Made by a program: the position numbers and the translations under genes. A stretch of DNA of 64,000 nucleotides from Naegleria gruberi. Taxonomy: Eukaryota. Shown in pieces: positions 45,020-54,229 of this stretch (within the stretch, counting starts at the first letter, position 1; each line of letters opens with the position of its first letter). The notes beneath the pieces were generated by a model. It had not been told where the DNA came from and searched no databases. It was given only the letters and a program-made list of their open reading frames with translations. Where the stretch lies: NCBI GenBank assembly GCA_000004985.1, contig GG738852.1; one strand, given 5' to 3'.

Positions 45020-47065
45020 ATGAGTCTATCAATTTTACCACAAGATTTAATTTACGAAGTGATGAAATTTCTTCGTGTCGATCAACGTATTCGCATCTCG
45101 AGAGTTTGCCAAGAGTTTTATCATATCATAGCGTCTCTTTTTCCCGCACTAGAATTAAATTTGAGTGGCGGGAAAATATTACCAGTAAATTTACCAAGTT
45201 TTCTTTCGTGTCCATTTCTTGAGCAGGTTACAGTGTTGGATCTTTCAGAGAATCTTTTATCAGAGGAGAATATTATTGCAGTTGCCAACTGTGAAAGATT
45301 TAAAAAATTAGAAGAGTTGATTTTGAAAAAGAATGAGTTTAGTTTAAAATGTGCCGAAGCTTTTACTAAATCATCATTTATTAGACAATTGAAATATATT
45401 GATCTTAGAAATGCATTCTTTGTATGGAAAGATGTAGATCATGTTGAAATTGGAAAGAAATTTATTACAAGTCAACCACAAGATTTGCAAAATTTTTGGT
45501 ATCTAGTTTTGGGTAATTGTGGAACAGAAATAGTACCTGAATGGTTATTGGTTGGATGTAAAGAGGGAAATAGTAAATTGCATTGGGAAACTCAATTGGA
45601 GTTTGGTGAATATTTATACCATTCTGAACAAAACACATCACTAGCAATTCAATACTTTGAGGAGTTGGGCAATAATCCACTAGCTCATAATAGAGCTATT
45701 GCCATGTACGTTTTGGGTAAAATTTATTCAACACTAGGTGAAAAGTATCATTCGAAAGCATTCCAGTTATTCTTAAAAGCGGCAAATCTTGATGATCAAC
45801 TATCCTATTTGTCTGTTGCCAACTTTTATTCATTTGGAATTGGTATTGGATCAGATCCAGATGAAGCATTGAAGTGGTATTTGAAATATGCAGAGAATAG
45901 TAATGATGATGATGGAGTTGTTGCACATCAAATTGGTGGTATTTATTTTGAGTACAAAAAAGATATCCCACAAGCTCTGAAATGGTGGAACAAATCTGCG
46001 GAAAAGGACAATACAGAAGCACAATATTCACTCGGTACAATATATATGAATGGGGATGGTGTTGAAAAGGATGTTAAGAAAGGTATGGCACTACTTGAGG
46101 ATTCAGCAAGATTGGGCAATTCTGATGCTCAGAATACAGTCGGTGCAATTTACTTAGAAGGTGAAGATTCAATTGAAATAGATCTCAATAAGGCCAAAGA
46201 CTTTTTAATTGCGGCAGCTGAGGCAGAAGACACAGATGCTCTCTACAATTTAGGGATATTAGCAGAAAATGAAAAACGATTCGAAGAGGCAATGCAATGG
46301 TATAAAAAGGCCTTAGATATGGGAAATACAGCTGCTGCTTATCCACTCGGAAGGTTTTATTTCCAAGGACTGGTAGCTCCAAAAGATGAAAAGAAAGCCA
46401 TTCATTATGTTGAAATCGCCGCCAATAATAATTCTTCAATAGCCCAAGAATATTTGGGTGATATTTACCACACCAAAGAGAGTGAAATTTATAATCCTGT
46501 AAAGGCAATTGAATGGTACACAAAAGCTGCCTCGAATGACTCTACCAATGCCATGTATAATTGTGGATGTATTAATGAGGAGCTTAATAATTTTGAAATG
46601 GCTTTATATTGGTATACAAAGGCGATAGAAAAGGGTAGTTCATCAGCAATGAATAATTTAGCAATGATATACTATGAAAAGAAGAATTATGAGAATGCTA
46701 AGAAATGGATAGAAAAATCAGTGGAGTTTAACAATTCATATGCAATATGCACGATGGGTGAGTGGTATATAGAAGGTTTATGCTATGAAAAGAGTTATGA
46801 AAAGGCTGTTCAACTCTTTACTAGATCAACTCAATTTACAGATGAAAGTGGTGACCAATCGATTTGTCCTCCTGCTTTCCTGCATCTCTATAAATTATAT
46901 GCTAATGGTTTGGGATGTGAGAAGGATTTGGAAAAGGCACAACAATTGCTCGAAACTGCTGCCAAATTAGAAATACAAGAAGCTATTGAAATACTCGAAG
47001 ATCAACAATCCAAAAAGAGAAAATCAACCACTGAATATGATGGCTCATCAAAGAAAATGAAATAA
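45020..47065 (+). CDS. F-box / LRR / Sel1-like (TPR-family) repeat protein
   Basis: ATG at 45020 (aaaaaaaATG; the track ORF begins at an upstream TTG). The F-box is LPQDLIYEVMKFLRVDQRIRISRVCQEF, followed by LRRs and at least 8 Sel1-type repeats (AxxWYxKAAxxGxxxAQxxLGxxY pattern). Confidence 0.75.
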   Translation: MSLSILPQDLIYEVMKFLRVDQRIRISRVCQEFYHIIASLFPALELNLSGGKILPVNLPSFLSCPFLEQVTVLDLSENLLSEENIIAVANCERFKKLEELILKKNEFSLKCAEAFTKSSFIRQLKYIDLRNAFFVWKDVDHVEIGKKFITSQPQDLQNFWYLVLGNCGTEIVPEWLLVGCKEGNSKLHWETQLEFGEYLYHSEQNTSLAIQYFEELGNNPLAHNRAIAMYVLGKIYSTLGEKYHSKAFQLFLKAANLDDQLSYLSVANFYSFGIGIGSDPDEALKWYLKYAENSNDDDGVVAHQIGGIYFEYKKDIPQALKWWNKSAEKDNTEAQYSLGTIYMNGDGVEKDVKKGMALLEDSARLGNSDAQNTVGAIYLEGEDSIEIDLNKAKDFLIAAAEAEDTDALYNLGILAENEKRFEEAMQWYKKALDMGNTAAAYPLGRFYFQGLVAPKDEKKAIHYVEIAANNNSSIAQEYLGDIYHTKESEIYNPVKAIEWYTKAASNDSTNAMYNCGCINEELNNFEMALYWYTKAIEKGSSSAMNNLAMIYYEKKNYENAKKWIEKSVEFNNSYAICTMGEWYIEGLCYEKSYEKAVQLFTRSTQFTDESGDQSICPPAFLHLYKLYANGLGCEKDLEKAQQLLETAAKLEIQEAIEILEDQQSKKRKSTTEYDGSSKKMK

Positions 47066-47258
47066 CTCTGGTTTTCTCTTAAATTGTCTTATCTAATTTT
47101 TCGAACATCAATTGGTTGTTGATTATCTTTCTTGTTATCTGTGTCTTGTTGCATGATACGATTGGTTATTCTTACTTGTTGAGCATTTCTTGTAGAGAAT
47201 TTTATAATAATTAGTTACAAAATATTCACACAACATTTATTCAAATATAACGAATTAT

Positions 47259-47643
47259 TTACCAATATCTATATGGATAGTATCCTCCATAATACGGCAT
47301 TGAATAGGCAGAACCATAATTATTACCATAACTGTATGGTCCATTATAATAAGAACCATAACTACTATATGGATTATAGGAAATTGCACTTATTTGATTA
47401 GAATAAGCTTGAGTATTTTGTGCATATTGATTGTAATTTCCACCTGCCACTCCATAATTTGAACCTAATCTCATTACAATTACATGATATTTTCCAAACA
47501 TTAATTGAAAATCTTAAAAAGCACTTACCGGCACCTCCATTGTATCCATAGGCACCTCCATATGCATTATTGTATTGTCCCAATGCAAAAGATAATAAGC
47601 CAAGGAAGAAGAAGAGCAGCGCTACCAAACAAGTTCTTTTCAT
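47259..47643 (-). CDS. Small secreted Gly/Tyr/Asn-rich protein (about 106 aa), 2 exons
   Basis: Exon 1 is 47643-47529, with signal peptide MKRTCLVALLFFFLGLLSFALG and ending ...YNGGAG with a GTAAGT donor. The intron is 47528-47465, 64 nt. Exon 2 is 47464-47259 (acceptor attag, phase 1), encoding GSNYGVAGGNYNQYAQ...YGGYYPYRYW. Confidence 0.6.
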
Positions 47644-48139
47644 TTTTGTTTCAAATTTGTTATTGGATTATGAAAGAAGCAGAGAAGGTAAATTTATAAG
47701 AAATTGGAAAGAATTGAAAAAGTCAATTCTTCAAATATAAATGTTATTTTGAACCTATTAAGGAAAAAATTCTTAAATGTTTATTGAACATTTCAGTGTA
47801 AGCAATAGACGAAATGAAGCCATCCACAATTCTCAATTCCTCATTCAATCCCAATGCAAAACTCAATCACGCACAAATTGACTAGTTTTTCTGAGGAACA
47901 GTCTCCATCCATCTATTTCACTACAGCATCAAGATGGAAGATTTCATACCTAATGTGGAACATTGGCACCATACCCGAATTATTTTAGCGATTATTTTCA
48001 GCAATTAAAACATAAAATACTGAGTTTATTCGAGTTGCATTTTGTAAATCTTCAATCAGTGATGAATATTCAGTTGATTCTGGTTCTTGTTTGGAAAGTA
48101 AAATACATTGTAATTGTTCAAATAATAAATCAAGAAAAA

Positions 48140-48736
48140 ATGTCATTCCTTGTTTATGAAGCTCCATCACACGATCCTCACCCAACACAATCACAAACCA
48201 ACAACAGTACAAGTTCCGATCTAGCAGTGGTGAAGAATTTATTTCTTGCTGGTGGAATTTCCGGATGTGGAAATTGGCATTTGGATATGATTGAATCACT
48301 CAAGAAGAAGTGTTTGAAGAATGATCATGTTCGGGAGAAGTGTTGTGTTAAATTGTACAATCCAAGAAGAGAGAATTTTGATGTGAGTGATAAGAGCCAA
48401 TCAGATGTTCAAATTAGATGGGAACATTCCTATTTACATACTGTGGAAGCTGTATCATTTTGGTTTTGTAGTGAAACTCTTTGCCCAATTACTGTAAGTT
48501 TTGTGAATAATATTGAGTTTAAAAAACTAAAACATCTTGTGAAATAGTTATATGAGCTAGGTAAAATTTCCATGATGCCAAGTGTTAAATTATTTGTTGG
48601 AGTTCATCCAGATTATTTGAGAAGAATGGATGTTGAAACTCAAACCCTTCTTGTAAGACCAGAGGTTACTATTGTCTATTCAGTTGAAGACTTAGCTCAA
48701 CAAGTATTTGATGAATATTTTGCAGTACAAGATTAA
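48140..48736 (+). CDS. Small protein with nucleoside 2-deoxyribosyltransferase-like motifs (tentative), 2 exons
   Basis: Exon 1 is 48140-48493 (ATG at 48140; FLAGGISGCGNW...VEAVSFWFCSETLCPIT, GTAAGT donor). The intron is 54 nt. Exon 2 is 48548-48736 (LYELGKISMMPSVKLFVGV...), phase 0. The GG...W and SFWF..E..ELG pattern resembles the NDT/Rcl fold. Low certainty. Confidence 0.4.
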
Positions 48737-48772
48737 AAATCTGATCTTAATAAAAAGTGAAAATATATTAAT

Positions 48773-51066
48773 TTAGAGAGTCAAGTAGAGTGGATTTTCA
48801 AGAAGAGTCTTGAATTCTTGCAACCATTGAGCACCAACAGCACCATCAACAACACGATGGTCACAGCTCAAAGTAACCTTCATAGTTGTCACAACCTTGA
48901 ATTTATCTTCAGCAGAGGTTGGCTTTTCATTGACAACAACCTTCTTTGAGGACTTACCAACAGCCAAAATACAGGCTTGTGGTGGATTGATAATTGCAGA
49001 GAATTCATCAATACCGAACATACCAAGGTTAGAAATAGTGAAAGTACCACCTTGGAATTCGTGTGGCTTCAATTTGTTTTCTCTTGCCTTACCAGCGAGA
49101 GCCTTAACTTCATTAGAAATTGAGGAGAGACCCTTAGTTTCAGCAGAGAAGACAATTGGAGTAATCAAACCAGAATCAGTTTGGACAGCAACTGAGAGGT
49201 CAACATTGTTATATTGACGAATGAAAGTATCTTGCCATGAGCTGTTGATTTCTGGAACCTTCTTCATGGAGAGAGCAGCAGCCTTAACGAGGAAGTCATT
49301 GACAGACAACTTGAATCCTCTCTTTTCACCAGCCTTGTTCAATTCTTCTCTGGCCTTCATCAAATTATCAACTTCAATTTCAACAGTCAAATAATAGTGA
49401 GGAATAGTTCTCTTTGATTCCAAGAGACGGTCAGCAATAATCTTACGAACGTTAGAAACTGGAATATCAACAAATGAACCAGATGAAACAGCTGGAGCAG
49501 CAACAGTTTGTTGTTGAGTAGTGGTGGTGGTAGTAGCTCTTGGTTGTTCTTGAACAGCTGGCTTACGAGTAAGGAATTCTTCAACATCAGCCTTGACGAT
49601 TCTGTTAGAATGACCACTTCCAGAACCAATTTGAGCCAAATCAACATTGTTATCTTGAGCTACCTTCTTAGCCAAAGGTGAAGCAAAGACACGTCCACCA
49701 GTTGAGGTAGTAGTAGTGGATGGAGCTGATTGAGTTGTAGTAGTGGTGGAAGTTTGTTGAGATGGAGTGGATGATGGAGTAGTGGAAGCAGCAGGGGTGG
49801 CAGCACCTGGAGTGTATGAAGCACCAGCAGCCAAATCCTCCTTATTTTCAACGAGAATAGCAATGATATCACCGAGATTAGTTTCAATACCAGCAGGGAT
49901 GACAATCTTGGCCAAATAACCTTCTTCTTGGAATTCAAAATCAACAGTTGCCTTATCAGTTTCAACTGTACAAATAATGTCACCTGGAGAAACCTTGTCA
50001 CCAACTTGCTTGGTCCAAGCACCAATACGACCCTTAGTCATGGTTGGGGAAAGCGTTGGCATGGTAATTTCGTGAAGACCCTTTGGCTTGGCAGATGGAG
50101 TAGCTTGTGGTTGAGCAGTTGTTGGTTGAGGTGTTGGAGTTGTTGATTGAGTAGTAGTAGTGGTTGGTTCTGGTGCAGAAGTAGCTCCTCCTTGCAAATC
50201 AGCCAAAGTTAAACCTTGAACAGAGGAAATCTTTGAAGCATCATCAACGAGAATTGCAATTGGACTACCAAGAGCAATAGTTTTACTTCCTTCTGGAGTC
50301 AAAATCTTAGCCAAGAAACCTTCTTCTTGGAATTCGAATTCTAATGTGGATTTATCAGTTTCAACTTCAACAATGAGATCACCTGGCTTGAGTTCATCAC
50401 CTTCCTTCTTTAACCATTTACCAATATTACCAGTATTCATGGTTGGACTGAGAGCAGGCATGGAAATGAGAGAAGCTAATAATTTTGATAAATACATATT
50501 CAAAATATCATGATATTATTACCAAATGGTGAGGAGTTGTACAAGTAGAGTAGAAGGAATAATACAAGTAATAATAAATTATCATGTTAATAATATTAAT
50601 AATACCAATCAATTTGAAAACATTCCGAAATAATATTATCACGGTTGAAAATTTCAAATGATGATTCAAAGTACCAAAAATGTCATTCATAAATTGTTTA
50701 TATTATCCGATATTAATGATAGTAATAATAATAACAATAACACAAATACAATAATATTATACATTCATAAAAACACAAATAATTTTCAATAATCCTTTCA
50801 ATAAATCAACTCCACAACATTATCAACTTACCTCCCTTTGGAAGAGTAGCATATCCTCTCATCATGGTGGTAGCTTGTTGATTGATCATCAAACCCTTCC
50901 ATGAAGTTTGTTTTGTAGTAAAAGTAGAAGTATTAACAAACTTTACACTAGAAATATTTCTCCTGGTTGCTGCTGCTGTTGATGAGGCAATCAACATTGC
51001 CTTCTTACTGTTACGAGAAAGGACAACCTTCTTGGTGAGTGATGAAATTGCAGAACGGGCCAACAT
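48773..51066 (-). CDS. Dihydrolipoamide acetyltransferase (pyruvate dehydrogenase E2), mitochondrial, 2 exons
   Basis: Exon 1 is 51066-50832: an ATG with MTS-like MLARSAISSLTKKVVLSRNSKK...MMRGYATLPKG and a GTAAGT donor. The intron is 356 nt. Exon 2 is 50475-48773 (acceptor attag, phase 1). It carries two lipoyl domains (each with ETDKAT/S), Ala/Pro/Thr linkers, an E3-binding domain and a catalytic domain with DHRVVDGA. Confidence 0.9.
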
Positions 51067-51372
51067 TTTTTTTAAACTCTTAAGCCTATTCTTGGTCTCA
51101 ACCTTTTCATTCAACGGAGTGCTGCATCAAATGAAAGTGTGAGTTTTCAAAAATGCAAACGCTCACATTCATAGAAATTTATCTTGTTTTGTTCATCACC
51201 ATTATTATGGAGAGTTGAATGGTTGTTAAAGAAGAGGATGAAGGAGAAGAGGATGATAGAATATACTCTATAAGAAATTGATGTGAATAGTGTTTCATGG
51301 AGGTAAGAAGGAAATGCATTTGAGAATCTTTTGGACTAAAGATTACAATATGTGTGGTTTCCGATAAAATAT

Positions 51373-52659
51373 TTAATGGGATTGTTTTTTGTCTTGTTCA
51401 ATTTGAGCGTCACATTTTCTCTTCAATTCTTTCATTCCTTCTTCTACTCTGGCAGCAAGTTGAATGTAGACTTGGTCTTCTGAAATTTCCTTGTTTCGTC
51501 CCTTCTCAATGATATCGTCCACTCTAATTTCATCTCCAAACATGATGGTAATATGTTTGCCTACACGTGGAACAATGCCATCATAAGGTAAAACATCTGG
51601 TAATCCTTTGTGATAGATTGGATAAATGTATGGAGTTGGATCACAATCATAGATCAGTTTTCCTATTCCTCTTCTACATTGGTGAATTTCACCGTCCACA
51701 TAAATTTTACCTTCAGGGAAAATATTAAGCCAACCTCCAGTTGAAAGTTTGTGTACAATTAATTTCATTGCAGATTGTTCCAGACCTCCAGCTCTCTTGA
51801 TAGGTAGTACTTTAACAGTCTTGAAGAATTCTCCCAATAAAAAGTGTCCAAAACACATATCAGATGCACATACAGCATATCTAATAATATCAGATTTAAA
51901 GAACCAACTCATTGGAGCCAAACCTGACATTAAGATTGGTTCATCAAGCATACTATTGTGATTGACAACTGTCAATAATCCACGAATCTTCTTTTCTGCT
52001 TTTGGTTCCGATAATGATGTAGTAGTGACTGGAGTTTCCTTCATTTCCTTTTGAACTGATTCATAATGTTCCTCAATGGTAGTTCTAAACTTTTCCTTTC
52101 CATAGAATTTACAACTATTGGCAACATTTAAGAAAAACTTGGAAAATGTTCCCAAATAAACAATCAATCCCATACTTGCCAATCTTCTCAAAAAACTAAA
52201 ATTATGATATTCATAGTGGAATTTTTCTTCATAATTGAAATATGGAAGTTTTGACAAATCTCTCAATACTGACCCAATTGAAGACAGTTTAAATCTGAAA
52301 ATTGCCTTATCATTCAATTTAGTTCCTGCCAATTTCTTATTCTCTTCAAAATATGGATTAAACAACAAAGATGATGACCTATTTACACCACTATTATTAT
52401 TATTCAATTTGCTCCCAGAAGAGGAGAAAAAGTAACCCGATGGTGGTTTCAATTCAAAATACCTCGAACACTCGTCCAAGAAGGATGGATAACTATAACT
52501 ACTCTTTTCAGCCTGTTGATAATACAACACAACAGGTTCCTTATTCAAAGATGACACCTTCGATGACGATGTATAGTATGTATTCTCTGGATGTGGTTTT
52601 ATCGTAACAGCAATATCATACTCACTGCTGACAGATGTGGCTACTCTCTTTCTTCCCAT
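51373..52659 (-). CDS. Tafazzin-like phospholipid/lysophospholipid acyltransferase with about 220-aa N-terminal extension
   Basis: The HX4D motif is VVNHNSMLDEP. A tafazzin-like core follows: FPEGKIYVDGEIHQCRRGIGKLI...PYIYPIYHKGLPDVLP. ATG at 52659. Confidence 0.8.
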   Translation of the reverse strand: MGRKRVATSVSSEYDIAVTIKPHPENTYYTSSSKVSSLNKEPVVLYYQQAEKSSYSYPSFLDECSRYFELKPPSGYFFSSSGSKLNNNNSGVNRSSSLLFNPYFEENKKLAGTKLNDKAIFRFKLSSIGSVLRDLSKLPYFNYEEKFHYEYHNFSFLRRLASMGLIVYLGTFSKFFLNVANSCKFYGKEKFRTTIEEHYESVQKEMKETPVTTTSLSEPKAEKKIRGLLTVVNHNSMLDEPILMSGLAPMSWFFKSDIIRYAVCASDMCFGHFLLGEFFKTVKVLPIKRAGGLEQSAMKLIVHKLSTGGWLNIFPEGKIYVDGEIHQCRRGIGKLIYDCDPTPYIYPIYHKGLPDVLPYDGIVPRVGKHITIMFGDEIRVDDIIEKGRNKEISEDQVYIQLAARVEEGMKELKRKCDAQIEQDKKQSH

Positions 52660-53283
52660 TTCTTTCTTGTGTTTATTCCGATGTGGTGATTGTTATAAAA
52701 TTGTTTTTTTTGATTAAAGTTGTGAAATTCGATAATTTTCCGTTACTTTTCAATTTTTGTGATTAAAATTTGGATTTGATTAAGAATTATTGGGTACAAT
52801 ATTTCTAATAAGGATTAATAATTTAATTTAATGCTTTAGAACAATTGGAAACTCAATCAATAAATATCATCATTTCTGAAGCAATTTCATACGGAGAACA
52901 AACCTCACTTGTTTCAAATCATCTCTCAATTGATAGAAAATAATTTAGACAATATTGTTTTGCTATTATCAGAATACATGCCTTCTGATATTATTTGAAT
53001 CAGTGTATTTCGAAATGAAGAATGAACTCAATATTTCAGTATTGTTTCCTTATTTTAACTAATTTAGAGCAAATGTGCAAACTATTTAACACTGCAGTCT
53101 TCTATCAAGAATTCAACGTGAGTGGGTCAAACATGTAAAATTTTCAACTAATTCTAACTCTATAATTCTTCCCTGTAACATTCAATAAAGTTATTCCATC
53201 ATTTACTCGAAATATTAATAAAATATTTCACAAACGATTCGAATTACCTTCCAAAAGGTTGAAAATCCACAAAAAAATGGCCA

Positions 53284-53363
53284 GAACAAAACATTCAACC
53301 CAAATCACTCGCCATCGTAAGAGAACGAAACATTCAACCCAAATCACTCGCTCACGATAAAAT
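53284..53363. repeat. Two tandem copies of a 40-bp unit sharing a perfect 24-mer aaacattcaacccaaatcactcgc
   Basis: Copy 1 is gaacaaaacattcaacccaaatcactcgccatcgtaaga and copy 2 is gaacgaaacattcaacccaaatcactcgctcacgataaaa. The identical cores are at 53289-53312 and 53328-53351. The repeat is located in the non-coding region between the tafazzin start and the 53539 gene. Confidence 0.8.
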
Positions 53364-53538
53364 ACAACACCACCGATGGGAGAGAAATAAAAAATTGAAA
53401 ATGGAAATATTAAGCAAGCTTGATGGTTAGGAGAGTTTTTGTGATTTATTAATAAGTACTTCAATAGGAAAGGACAAGAATGAGAGGAAGGGAAGTGATG
53501 ATCCACATCATTTGGATAAAAATCAACAAGAATTGATG

Positions 53539-54147
53539 AAATATTTACAATTTAAAATTAATGATAGAAAATATGATGTGTTATTTCCAAAGATTAAATA
53601 TTTGGAAGTTCAAGAGACGAATGAGATGGATGTATTTAATATGATTGAAAATGAAGATGTGAACTATTATTTACTTGTTGATAGAGAATGTATTGAAGAG
53701 TATTCGAAACTTGCTGAATGTATTCTTGAAGAATTTGTTAGAGATTATCCTTATTTTGAAAGTCCAAGGATTGTTAATGCAGACAGAAGTGATGATGGTA
53801 TATATTTTCGTGGAATGACAATTGAATTTCGAATGTGTGGAAAGAAATGTATTTACAAAACAATTGAGGACAGAATGGAATTGATATTTCTTCTCATTAA
53901 CAAGTACGAATATGTTTATTTTGGTTATTTCGATAGACAACCAATAATTGGAATGCCAGATTTTAGATTCACCTCTCAATCACAAGTCAATAATGGAATT
54001 CTTGTAAATTCTCTTGATTGGGAGGAAAAAATCTCGAATTATTTATTCGAAAATCCTGAAGAAGAAGTAGCTATTCCTCCCTTAAAGGAAATATTAGGAA
54101 AAGGAGGAAAATTTTTGGAAAATGCCTTGAAAAACTCATTCGAATAA
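53539..54147 (+). CDS. Hypothetical protein (about 203 aa from first ATG; may have an upstream exon)
   Basis: The track ORF starts at TTG 53512. The frame is open back to 53431 without an ATG, and the first in-frame ATG is 53539 (MKYLQF...). No recognisable domain. Confidence 0.5.
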   Translation, partial: KYLQFKINDRKYDVLFPKIKYLEVQETNEMDVFNMIENEDVNYYLLVDRECIEEYSKLAECILEEFVRDYPYFESPRIVNADRSDDGIYFRGMTIEFRMCGKKCIYKTIEDRMELIFLLINKYEYVYFGYFDRQPIIGMPDFRFTSQSQVNNGILVNSLDWEEKISNYLFENPEEEVAIPPLKEILGKGGKFLENALKNSFE

Positions 54148-54229
54148 CATATTTATTTTTATCGTAATGTGTTGGAAGTTTCAAACTTTCACTTTTTGTT
54201 AAACATTTGGTTGGAGGTAAAGTCACTGA

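Noticed and set aside
53228-53506. 92-aa minus-strand ORF containing RVIWVECFVL twice
   Set aside because: The duplicated peptide is simply the translation of the 40-bp tandem DNA repeat. The region is AT-rich promoter-like sequence and the ORF has no start context.
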